In this document: piece after piece, positions 10,513-21,387 of the stretch | How the letters are laid out: every line of letters begins with the position of its first letter | Numbering within the stretch: position 1 is the stretch's first letter | Assembly (NCBI RefSeq): GCF_000315625.1 | Contig: NW_005434650.1 | Coordinates: forward strand, 400,005-464,004 | Length of the DNA: 64,000 bases | Direction: 5' to 3' | Source of the DNA: Guillardia theta CCMP2712 | Taxonomy: Eukaryota > Protista > Cryptophyta | Translations under genes and position numbers: made by a program | Notes under the pieces: model-generated | What the model was told of the DNA's origin: nothing | Database searches by the model: none | The model's input: only the letters and a program-made list of their open reading frames with translations

Positions 10513-11736
10513 CTTTATTCAACTAATACCTTTCTGGTACTGATAAGTTTACTTCTGTTTGTTCAAGTTGCCCCTAATCCTACCAAGTTCCCGGAAAGCG
10601 CCAGGGAAAGCGCAAAACTGACTCAGGTGATGTTGGTGAAGGACGTGTCGAACAACATGAGCGGCCTCGGAGAAGGAGATGAAGGGAGCCTCGGAGAGAA
10701 GGGAGAGGGAGAGAGGAGAGAAGGAGAGGGAGAGGGAGACGGAGAGAGAAAGAGCGGCCTCGGAGAAGGAGAGGAAGGGAGCCTCGGAGAGAAGATGAGA
10801 GAGGGAGAGGGAGAGGGAGATTCTGTGAGACTCGACAGCATACGAGAAGTGTATTCCGACGACGATTTTGAGAACATGGTGTATTCTGGCGCTCCTGCAG
10901 ATCTGCCTGCAGTGAGGAGAGAGATGCTGAAACAGAGCACCATGGCTGCTGACCGAATGAAAGCAAACGGATGGTCCAACACTTTGCCGCTGGAGCACTT
11001 GAATCGCGTCGGGCAGAAGGTAGGCCTGCCACAGGTTTCAATCAAAAATAAGAATCATAATGACATAGCGCCGAACGAGGGTGGGCCCAAGGCTGGGGAT
11101 AGCTTTCAGGCAGATCTATGCGTCAAGTTCGAGCAAGACGTCGCTCTGCACTATTTCTTCAGAGGGTTGATCGAAAATTTTGAAACTGACGTAAAACCTG
11201 TCGCCGCAACTTATCCGAACCATCCGAATTTCAACGATGTTCGCATCAGACAAGGACAATACATGTGTTTCGAGATTACCCTGTCGTTGAAAAAAATTTT
11301 GAGCAAAATTCATCAGCTTGTACGGCTCTACTCTGCTAATGGTCTCAAAGACGACTTTATTGGAAAAAGAGCAGAAATTGCAGTCATTGGTCTTATCGTT
11401 AGCGGGGATAGGAAGAAGTTTGAAGATACAGCCGAGAAGCTCAGATCTTTCTTCCAAAGAGCTAGCGAAGACGAAGTTCTGTCCAAGTACATGATCGATA
11501 AAACGATTCCGATTTTCCTTTGTCGTGTAAATCGCAAGAATCTACACACCCGGGTGATGGATCTGAAACTGTCGATGGAGGTAAGTGGAAGCACAGGCGC
11601 CTGTTATCTCAAGATACCGCAGGATCATTTTTCAAGGATTGACGTGCAATTCACAAAGATTGAGGAACGACTTGCAGAAGACAAGCAAAGTATGTGCGAC
11701 AAATGTGATGATTTCTTGACGAATGGTGATCAGTGA
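10513..11736 (+). CDS. Hypothetical protein, putative PD-(D/E)xK restriction-endonuclease fold + C-terminal coiled coil; hydrophobic N-terminal segment and G/E-rich repeat
   Basis: Frame open from 10513 (FLVLISLLLFVQVAP); FQADLCV..CFEITLSLKKILSKIHQLVRL..IAVIGLIV resembles a D..ExT/K..QL nuclease core; probable 42-nt in-frame intron 11581-11622 (gtaagt..ccgcag). Confidence 0.5.
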   Translation, partial: LYSTNTFLVLISLLLFVQVAPNPTKFPESARESAKLTQVMLVKDVSNNMSGLGEGDEGSLGEKGEGERREGEGEGDGERKSGLGEGEEGSLGEKMREGEGEGDSVRLDSIREVYSDDDFENMVYSGAPADLPAVRREMLKQSTMAADRMKANGWSNTLPLEHLNRVGQKVGLPQVSIKNKNHNDIAPNEGGPKAGDSFQADLCVKFEQDVALHYFFRGLIENFETDVKPVAATYPNHPNFNDVRIRQGQYMCFEITLSLKKILSKIHQLVRLYSANGLKDDFIGKRAEIAVIGLIVSGDRKKFEDTAEKLRSFFQRASEDEVLSKYMIDKTIPIFLCRVNRKNLHTRVMDLKLSMEVSGSTGACYLKIPQDHFSRIDVQFTKIEERLAEDKQSMCDKCDDFLTNGDQ

Positions 11737-12349
11737 TTTGTACAGGTCTAGAGGAGAAACTCGTGGGTCTTCGAACAGAAATCGTCGAGAATAATCAGAG
11801 TATACCGCAAGGAAAGATGGAGCTACGAATGGTGATCAGTGATTTGTACAGGTCTAGAGGAGAAACTCGTGGGTCTTCGAACAGAAATTATCGAGGCGAT
11901 GAAGAGCCAGCGGCAGGCGATCACGACAGAAAGGATTATGTCACCTGAAGCTGCGGTCGGATTCTTTGCCGCCTCGGTGATTGGAAGCTTGCTCTTTTCT
12001 CGTTTTCGTTCCAACTAGCCAGCGATTGGTCTTCCATAGTATTCTTTTCTCTTTTTGTAAACCATATCTGGCGATAGATGTTGTGCCATAGGCAGCTTAT
12101 TTGGTCCATTCGTTACTGGAACTTACTTGGCGGATCGGAGCGAAATACGAATAGTAATAATTGCTACATCTTGCTCTCCTCTATTGCGTATCAAGGTCGC
12201 CCTACACCATGGCGTGATCTAGGTCGCCCATTCCTCCCCGTCATCGTCACTCCCGCCTTCCATCATCAACCTCAGTCCCTTCCTGTCCTCACCCACAAAC
12301 CTGCCCCCACCCACCCCTGTCTCTCCGCCTTGTTTTCGAACAGAGTGCA

Positions 12350-13983
12350 CTAGATAAGAAGGGTCACCCCACCACACCCCCTTCCTTCCCTTCCATTCCC
12401 GTCAAACCCACGGGTACGGCGAAACCCACAAACGCAGTCAAGGCAGGCTATAATTACCTAGGGAAGGGGACACTCTATGGCAACGCTCGTTCCCTTCCCC
12501 CCTTGCCACGCTCCCGTCCTCCCGTCCTCTACTCGCCTGCGCTTCCCTGACCCGAGAGTGCTGGCACGGCCGGCTTGCTCCCTTGGACTCTTGACGCCCT
12601 TCTAGCTCACCCTCGGCCAGCTCTTGCCCGCACGTAGTTGTTAGAGAGTACCTTGATGTGCTATCTTGCTCTCGCCCGAGCTGCTGGCTGACCTGTCCGA
12701 TGATGTGTCCGGGCCGCTGCCTGCGTGTGTGGGCGTGACTCTGCACTCATCTCGTCATCCCGCACCCCTAGACTACTGACCTGACCCTTCGCTCTCGCCT
12801 GACACATCCTCCTCCTCCTCCGCTCGTCCCTGCGCTCTAGCCTCGCTTGAGCGCTTGTCTGTACGTGTGGGTCTCAGCGAGGTCTTTGTGGCGATATCTG
12901 AGCTGTCATCTGCCCGTGTCGTCTCCTTGCTGCTCTGCTCTTGACTCCTTGCTGTGACCAGCATGCACAAGACAAGGCAGCTGGTTGTCGACTTCGAGTC
13001 AGAGAGCTGGGGCATCTGTGCTCGCCTTCGAGAGCGAGACGCCTTCGCCGTCCCCATCCGCGTCAGCCGCGTCAAGGCTGACTCCGAGGCTCATGCCAAG
13101 GGCGTGCAGGAGGGAGACTGCATCGTCAAGCTCGAGTACGACGACACCGTAGAGTACGTCCGTCACGACGGCAGACACCCCAAGCTGCTCGCGGGGGGCA
13201 GCTGTAGGGTCACCCTCGCCCGCGTCCTGCGAGACGCGTGCAGGTCGTGCGGGGCTAGCGACATGCAGGTCATCGAGCGAGACGCGATCGTCGTCTGCAC
13301 GCATTGCGGCATCGTCCATCGCTCGTCTCCCTACCAGTTCGTCTTGGTAGAGGGGCCCAAGAGCCCGACGTGCGCCGGGGGCAGCAGCGGCCCAGCTGCT
13401 GGCTCCAAGAGACCCGTCGATGGCGACGACGCCCGCGCCGGCTGCAGTAAGAGGGCTAAGCTCGGCGCCGCTGACGTCCCAGACCCCTACATGGCCGAGC
13501 TCAGAGGCCTGATCAGCGAGCTCGGCGAGAAGCTCGAGGTCACCCAGCAGGTCCGGCAGGAGGCCTTGGGGATCGCAGCCCGCATGCCTCGCAACAAGAG
13601 CAGGCTGGTTGTGTACGTGTCTGCAGCTCTGTTTCTGGCCTGCAAGGAGCTCGGCCAGTCTCGCACGATGCGGGAGGTCTGTCAGGCGACGGGGGCGGCC
13701 TTCTACAAAGTCTCGAGATGCGCCATGAAGCGGAACCAGGGCACGAGGCCGCAGGCCTACGACCAGCTGCTCGATCGCTTCCTAGGGAGGCTCGACCTCC
13801 CGCAGAGCTATGCTGCAGACGCCGTCAGGCTGCAGTCAGGCAGCCACATCCAGGGCGCTCCCGCTACTGTAGCCGCCGAGCTGATCTACAAGGTGTGGGC
13901 AGGGAGAGCGGGGGGGAAGGCGGACTTGAGGAAGGTGGCAGAGGCGTGCGGGGTCGGGGCGTCGTATCTGCAGGGGAGGATCA
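12350..13983 (+). repeat. Right arm of 1634-bp inverted repeat (partner 7243-8876)
   Basis: Reverse-complement identity with left arm; similarity to the third copy extends to 12159. Confidence 0.95.
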
Positions 13984-14021
13984 GAATTTGCAAGGTTGTG
14001 AAGGAGGGGGTAGGGGCTTAG
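12963..14021 (+). CDS. Second PDZ-TFIIB copy; 3' tail replaced by read-through into flank
   Basis: Protein identical to 7184-8263 except CGVV>CGIV and the tail after YLQGRI (RICKVVKEGVGA vs KARDCQRESKPAVTVGGRR). Confidence 0.8.
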   Translation: MHKTRQLVVDFESESWGICARLRERDAFAVPIRVSRVKADSEAHAKGVQEGDCIVKLEYDDTVEYVRHDGRHPKLLAGGSCRVTLARVLRDACRSCGASDMQVIERDAIVVCTHCGIVHRSSPYQFVLVEGPKSPTCAGGSSGPAAGSKRPVDGDDARAGCSKRAKLGAADVPDPYMAELRGLISELGEKLEVTQQVRQEALGIAARMPRNKSRLVVYVSAALFLACKELGQSRTMREVCQATGAAFYKVSRCAMKRNQGTRPQAYDQLLDRFLGRLDLPQSYAADAVRLQSGSHIQGAPATVAAELIYKVWAGRAGGKADLRKVAEACGVGASYLQGRIRICKVVKEGVGA

Positions 14022-14706
14022 GGATGGTCAGATGGGGCTTAGCTATGGCCAGAATCATGACATTAGTGGTAGGTTTTCAATGATAAATGACAACTTGCCT
14101 TCTTTTTAATTTCCATCTGCTTCTTATCCTCTGTGAAGGGCGAGGGGGAGCTGCTGGACGATGATGATGGGGAGGAAGGAAAGTTAGAAAAAGGGAGGGA
14201 GGAGTTTAAAGTAGGGAAAGAGAGGGAGGAGAGGAGCAGGAGCAGGAGCAGGAAGAGGAGGAGGAGGAAGAGGAGTGTGCTGGGTCTCTTATCAGTGTGG
14301 ATTGCTGTTTCAACGTCAAATTGTTTACTTTGAGGCAGATTGATGTACATCCACTGACTTCTTGCGGTCCTTAGCAGTCATCGAAGGTACCATTACCCCT
14401 TTGACCTGCCTCACAGACAGGCGGCTGTCCCTTGACCTAGCGATCCCACGTGATCACTACGGGACGCGTGCTCCTCCTACCAGCTCCCACCAGCACTCCT
14501 TCACCCTCCCCATGTCAGACTCCCGCAGTCCCTGTCTGCTGCTTCCTCTTCCTCGCTTGCTGATCTTGTGGAGGTGGAGACAACCTTCCTGCTCCACCCC
14601 TCTCCAGCTCCAGCCCGCCTCGAGCATCTACATCTTCGAGCGGCTCCTACGAGGACAGCAGTGGATCGCGTCCAAAAGGTTCGTTCTTCGTTCTCTCTCC
14701 CGACGC

Positions 14707-17273
14707 TCAGAAGCCAAACTTGTGCGCCAGGTTGCGAACTTGCTCCCAGAAGACCAAGCACAGGACCTGGAGGAGAGGATGAGCTCAAGGGCGGGAGAAA
14801 AGGCGGAGCAGGAGGAAAAGGTGCAGAAGCAGAAACAGGAACAGGAGCAGGAGCAGAAGGTGCAGGGCAGGAGCAGGAGCAAGAGCGGGAGCAGGAGGCT
14901 CACAGTGTGGGGTCCAAGACGAGCATAGTGTGCTGTCCATCCCTTAAAGAATCCTCCTGCAAACAGGTACGTTATTCTTAGATCTGTAGTCTCCTCTTCC
15001 TGCTCGTGCTCGTGCTCGTCCTCCTCCTTTCTCACCAAGCCCCTCAGCTCTCGCAGTCTTGATGAAACAATCCACAGGACCCGAGTAAATTCTCTTGGCG
15101 CCCTGAGGCTGCGTGTAGAGCCTCGTGCTCACCTGAAGAAAAGGGGAGGAGAGGACGAGGGTGAGGGGAAGATAACGGAAGGCGAGGAGAGGAGGAAGAG
15201 AAGGGAAAAAAAAAGTAGGAACAGTTGGCGGCGAAGGAGATAAAAGAAGGCCGAAGTCGCATGAAGTTAGCAGAGCGAGGGAGCCGGAAGGAGGTGGGAA
15301 ATGGTTGTAGGGAGATTGGAAGGAGAAGAGGCGGAGAAGGTCTTACGACATCGAAGGGGTTCATGATGGTAGTAACCACAATTCCCGACACCTTGTACAT
15401 CAGTCAAGCAGCCTCGGATCCCTCCTGCCTCCTCAACCATCGATGAACTGAAGTGACACAAAATTCCATCATGAAGATAACCCAGCGCAAGGATTCGCTG
15501 CTTCACCTGCATGCTGCCGTGTCAGCTCTCGTCTCAGTTCCCTCCTCCTCCTTCTCCTCCCTCCCACCCCCACATCTTTCTCCTCCTCCTCCTCCTCCTC
15601 CTCCTCCTCCTCCTCCTCCTCCTCCTCCTCCTCCCACATCTTTCTCCTCCTCTTCCTCCTGGCCTTCCCTCCCTTCGTCTCCATGACCTCATCCTCGTCC
15701 TCGCTTTGCCCTTGCTCTCGGTCGTACCGTCTCATAGGTGGCCAGCTGCGAGGCGGATCCTACCATGACGCGAGGAACGGCTCCATCGATTCCCCTGAAC
15801 CAGCCAGACATTCCCTCCTCTTTGTAGACCTGAACGACATATAAGGGAATGATTGCTGTCGAGGTGGGTCCAGGGGCAAAAGAGAAAGAGAGAGAACGAG
15901 GGAAGCTCGTGAGTAAGAGGTCTAGGTAGAGATCGAGCAACAGCAGTAGCCTTGTAAAGGTGGTGGAGGAGAAGAAGCAGGTTGAGCAGGAGCAGGAGCA
16001 GGAGGGGCAGGAGCAGGTGGGAAGAGAGGGAGGAAGTAGAACGAATCTCACCTTCACGAGACCATCGACCATTCCCTTGTAGTCGTATTGGTTAGCATGG
16101 AGAGTCTGAATTCAAAGAGGAAATTTTCAGACACAGATAAGGAAAAATGAAAAGGTTTGAGAAGATGATTTCAAGAGAGTCAACAGACCCCGCTGTTCTT
16201 GGCGATCTTTGACATGGCTTGCAGCCTGGGAAGGGAAGCTGAGAGACGCGAGGGCAGGAGACGAGTCGAGTCACCTGCATTTGACCATGAAGAACGGCGA
16301 ACCGATGACCTGCCGACGGGATGAGTTGAAGGGGCAGGAGGAGGAGGAGCAGGAGCAGGAGGAGGAGCAACAGTCCGCAGAAGCTTCATACTCACCGCTC
16401 CGATGGCACCAGAAGTAGCTCCCGCCCCGATCTGCCTGAGAACGTTCATGGGGCTGTGGCTGCCGTCATCGTTGAGGAGCCTGAGAGAGCATGAGGGAGA
16501 GATCACAGGGTAACCCTGGAGAGCAGACAGCAACTTCATCTGTACCATCGGAGTACTTTCGTCTGCTCTTTCACTCCCTCCCCCACCAAGAACAAGGAGC
16601 ATGCCTCATCCTCTTACCCCATCCTTCCCCCCAACTCGCGTCTCCTCCATTCCACATCTCCTCGTCCGTTGCTCCTCACCGCTTCAGGGTTGGGTATATC
16701 CCCAATCGTGCGCCGTTCATGAAGAACTGATACACCATCCCTGCTCCCAACCGTCATCCTCCCCCGCACGATCTCCAGCACCTCAGCAGGATCGTCTACC
16801 TGGCACCAACCCCTTCTGGATAGCAAGGACCCCCTCCTCCCTGCGCCAGCCACAGCACGTAAGCTCCTCCTCAGCCACAGCACGTCAGCTCCTCCTCAGC
16901 CACAGCACGTCAGCTCCTCGAACTTCCTCATCCTACCTGGGAATCTTCATGAAGGCATCGATGAGTCCCTTGTACACGCGCCCTTGAGCTGCGCTGTTGG
17001 CCATCTCGCCCTGCAGCTGTAGCCTGGTCTTCACGACCTGCACCTCTCGTCAGCCGGAGCTTGAGGTCAGCAGGTCCACGAGTCACCTCGAAGGGGTTGC
17101 TGAAGACGCAAGCAAGGGATGCCGCCGTTCCTCCCGTGATCTGCGTTGAGGGTCATGCCAGCTCGATGCACTTCAACAACGCGCACAATGTCCGTCATCA
17201 ACTTCCTCTGGGTTGACTTCACAGGAGGAGGCTCCAAATCTTCGTCGAAGGTGATCTCGTCGTTGTTCGCCAT
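14707..17273 (-). CDS. Mitochondrial carrier (SLC25), OAC1/SLC25A34-35-like oxaloacetate carrier
   Basis: Three signature repeats after splicing: NPFE-VVKTRLQLQGE, SPFFMVKC-RLQA, NPFDVV-STRLYTQP; FFKGWTAHYARLGPHT-VLCLVFWEQVR..F*. Confidence 0.9.
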
Positions 17274-17522
17274 CTGATGCGGAGCACGTTAGCAAGATGG
17301 AAAAATTCATGTTTCCTCCTCATTCTGGGAGACTATGTGTAGACGAGGAAGACACACTAGCTCTCTCCCTCCCTCCCTCCCTCCCTCCCTAGGTCAGGAA
17401 GCTTGACGAGACTACTGCTCGGCGTGGATCACGGAAGAAAGACTGGAGTCTCAATGTTTCAAGAAGATTAAAATCCCAAGCTTCTTGGTTTCTCTAAACC
17501 ATTCCTCTTGCAGACTCCCTTC

Positions 17523-17622
17523 NNNNNNNNNNNNNNNNNNNNNNNNNNNNNNNNNNNNNNNNNNNNNNNNNNNNNNNNNNNNNNNNNNNNNNNNNNNNNN
17601 NNNNNNNNNNNNNNNNNNNNNN
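17523..17622. other. Assembly gap (100 N)
   Basis: Run of N. Confidence 1.
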
Positions 17623-17854
17623 TCCTTATCCCCTTCGTGTCAATCCTCGATGTCATCCTTATCCTCGCTCTGTTCCTCCTCGTCTCCTCATGGTCGCCCT
17701 CCTCCACGCCCTCCTCCTCCTCCTCCTCCTCCACCACCACCAACACCACCACCACAGTTTCATCCCCAACTCCATCTTTCCCCTAAGCATTTAAAGGCTC
17801 CCTCCACTCCTCATTCCCCTCTTGTATTTCATCTCCCTCATACCCAGCATACCA

Positions 17855-18310
17855 GGACGCCGGCCCCAGCGCCGGCCCAGCCTGGCAGGCCCAGACGCCG
17901 GCCGCCCCAGGTCCAGGCCCCGGCCACCTCCGGCCGCCGCCGCTCAGTGATCAAACCGGAGGTCCTATCGAGTCTCTCTGGCCAACGTCCAACCAGCACT
18001 GCCTGGCACTGATTCGGCAGCCGCTGAGCCGCTGCAGCGTCACTAGTACCCGGGGACGGCGACAATCGGCTGACTCTCAGTGAACGGCCGCGCCCGAGTC
18101 ACGTTGCCCAGGCTCAGGCTGGCCGGGCAGCACTCCGCCGGGCCGGCCGGCGGCGCCGGGCCTGGGGCTGGGCATGCCGTACTAGTACTGCGGCAGTGCC
18201 GGCCCGGGCCGGCCCGGGCCGCCCGGGCCCGTGACGGTCGGGGATCAAAAGGGGGTGATTTGCACTATTCCAGAATGGGGTAGTAGTGCCAGTGGGTTGA
18301 GGGGGTCACC
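17855..18310. other. GC-rich palindromic intergenic island 1 with G-tract flank
   Basis: Dense CCGG/GGCC; 22-bp perfect palindrome 18200-18221; GTACTAGTAC 18179-18188; between divergent genes. Confidence 0.7.
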
Positions 18311-18474
18311 CTGCAAAAAGCGTTTCGTAGGGATTTCAAAATGGCGTGTGAGGGGAGGAGAGAAGGAGAAAAAAGTGGAAGAAGAGGGACAGAGATGGAC
18401 GAGAAAGCGAGTGAAAGCAGAAGTGAGATGAAGCAGAATCATGTAGCGTCCTAGATACAACAATCAATGAAGGA

Positions 18475-19570
18475 ATGAAAGACGACTGTTTGAAGGGTAT
18501 GTGTAGCAGGCAAAGAAAATCAGGAGAGTCGAGGAGGCTTGACCGTGCATGGCATGGAGATGATCTTTCTTTCAGGATGAAAATGCCATCTCTATCGGCC
18601 GAGGAAAATCAAGAAGAGGTCTGCTTGCACACATATGAACACATCTTCTGCTTGCACACATATGAACACATCTTCTAATGTTACTGCAGGATTTGAAGAG
18701 TATCGACAAGATCTTGGAGAGCATTCAAGCGCCCAGGTATCTTGATTTCTCTGAGATCATGAAAGAGAGGTCAATCGACCACAAGTCCGGTGAAGATGTA
18801 CTTCTTGCATGTATGTTTCTTGATGAATGTACAATTTCAGATTTGGTGCCTAGCATGGACAGATGGGAAGAAAACCAAGACCAGAGAAATCTGACGTGCG
18901 ATACAAACTTTGTTAGCCATGATGGAGGAGACGAATTCGGTCCGCACTCTTGTCTCCTTCGTCGTTGTGTGATGACTTGCCTTTCTCTGATTGCTGACTT
19001 CACAGAGCACTTGGACGAGCTTGAGATTCAGCTTGAGCTGGGAGGGGATCAGGTTAGCAGGGTCTGGGGGAATTCCGTGTCCTTTGATCCTCCGCTTCCA
19101 GATCGTCGAGGTCAACGAGTGGATGGGAGGAGAAGAGAAGTCGATGGAGGTGAGCAGCTTGTGTAAGTGCAGGTAGGCGCGAAGCTGACGAGCGAAGGTG
19201 TTCGGGGCCGGAGATTTTCATGCTTCACAAGTGTCTGACATTCCGAGATGGATGGAGTCCAACAGGTGAAGACTTTTCTTGTGGCATTGTGAACGTGTCG
19301 AGCATGTACTCTAGCTCTTCTCTCTTACACTTCATCGTCCTTGATTTCTTGCCTGACTACTGTTGCCAGTCACTTCGAAACGGACTCCCAGTGTACCTCG
19401 GACGTGGTTTTGACTCCGCCATGGTAACGCTAGTGCTGTTGCGGGAGTTGTCTCTGCAACGTTAGATGAGTTTGTACTGTCTCAGCTACCTCACAAGTCA
19501 AGATCTCAGCAGATCAGCCGTTGAAGAACGAGGAAAGCAGGTGAGAGACACAAGTTTTGACACCTTTGCC

Positions 19571-19631
<61 letters not shown>

Positions 19632-20264
19632 GGATAATGATAGTTGTACTGTATCACTAACGAAGATCATGATCAGGGCGATTATGGAGAGGGAAAGAGT
19701 CAGAGGAGTCCTGTAAGTGGTGGTGGTGGAGGAGGAGGAGGAGGAGGAGGAGGACCTTCAACCTTAACATAGATGACAGAATCTTCAAGAAGTGTTGAAT
19801 GACATCGATGTTCTGCTTGCCACATCTCCTGAAGTTTCTTCCAAGGTTGCAACCTGCAACTCATCCTTAAAATTTACCTTGTTACAACTTACTCACTCTT
19901 CCCTTCCTTGTTCCTTACCTCCCTGCCTCCTTCCTGCTTTTCTTCTCTTCTTAATCCTTTCTCTTTCTCCTCCAGCAAGCATTGTCTCCGATCTCATCGA
20001 TCGCCTCCTCAAGCTACTTCTCAACTTACTTGTCCGGTTGGTTTCTGAGACAAGATGTCATCTCCTTGAGTTTTCTATCAGGCACAATCTTGAGCGCATG
20101 CCCACAAGTGCAGAACTTCAGCCGTTCAGATTTTGCTCGCATGTTTGACGTGCGTGGAATCAGGTGAAGGCTGGACATGACGCGCGGAAGATACAGAGAG
20201 TGGCCGGCTTCTGCTGTTACAGGTTGGTAGATGAAGGCATAGATATCGCTGCTGCTGCTGCTCC

Positions 20265-20323
<59 letters not shown>

Positions 20324-20540
20324 ACGATAATGATGATAACGATGATTGCAGTCGTGATGTTTGTATTCCTGACATCTTTTCACAGGGTGTATGACGATGA
20401 GACTGTGAACGAGATCGACGGCGAGCAAGACTGGAATCAGACGTTTGAGGTCTCTCCTCTGCTTTTTGTTTCAAGCTTGACGCGCATGGCAGACTATAAA
20501 AGAACGGCGAGATGAGGAGAATGAAGGAAGGGAGAAGTGA
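18475..20540 (+). CDS. Hypothetical acidic multi-exon protein
   Basis: GT-AG-bounded coding-like exons (DLKSIDKILESIQAPRYLDFSEIMKE.., DFTEHLDELEIQLELGGDQ, NLQEVLNDIDVLLATSPE, VYDDETVNEIDGEQDWNQTFE); no family recognised. Confidence 0.5.
19574..19630. repeat. (CTG)n microsatellite, intronic
   Basis: Visible tandem. Confidence 0.95.
20266..20321. repeat. (GAT)n microsatellite, intronic
   Basis: Visible tandem. Confidence 0.95.
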
Positions 20541-20599
20541 GAAGAACTGTTTCTGATCGTCACCTGTTGACTTGTTGATCAATCAGTGAAGATTGCAAC

Positions 20600-20753
20600 T
20601 CATCTGTTGAGTTGAGATTCCAAAAGATGTACCTGACACCCATGGCTCTTCGTCAAGGTAACGAAGTGCTTCATGTACCTACGAAGATCAACAAACTTGT
20701 TGCAGGCAGAGCTCAAGAAGCAAACAGCTCCACAGGTCAGACATAAGTGACTA

Positions 20754-20844
<91 letters not shown>

Positions 20845-21353
20845 TTCTGCTGCCTTTATTGATATCGAATTCATTCATATTCCTTCTGCTGCTGTTTCTG
20901 CTTCTGTTACGGGGATTTGCAACTTTTGTTGTATTTCTTGTCTCATTGCTTTTGACTGTCAAATGCCAGACTCTTTCGACCGATGATATTTCATTCTTTT
21001 CTGCCAGTGGCAGATGATCAAACAATCCCAAAATTTTGGGAGTAATAAATGACGAATTGAAAGTTGGGGAGATATTTTTTGAGAGTTTAGATGTAGAATG
21101 TTGTTGATGAGAGAAGAATGACGATTCCATCTTTGTTCTTTCTCACATGTTCATTCAGCTGGTTCTCACTTGTTTGTTCATATGTACAAATCTCATCACA
21201 TTAATTATCATCGTCGTCGTAACATCTGAGAAAGTTTGGTCAAGGAGAGAATTCATCAAAAAAGTCACCTCGTGGATAGATGGAGGGTTGGCACTGTACT
21301 TGCTTGATCCCATCTTGAACTCTCTGCTGTTAGTAACTTTGTCAGACTTCTTA

Positions 21354-21387
<34 letters not shown>

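Larger units (their letters stand above)
5562..13983. mobile_element. Rearranged repeat cassette (PDZ-TFIIB arms + putative nuclease gene); possible mobile or virus-derived element
   Basis: Three TFIIB-unit copies and two central-gene copies in mixed orientation with high identity; no recognisable transposase or TSD seen. Confidence 0.4.

Noticed and set aside
14325-14530. Possible tiny minus-strand gene downstream of the carrier (..VKGVMVPSMTAKDRKKSVDVHQSASK*)
   Set aside because: Too short, no recognisable motif, exon chain not supportable.
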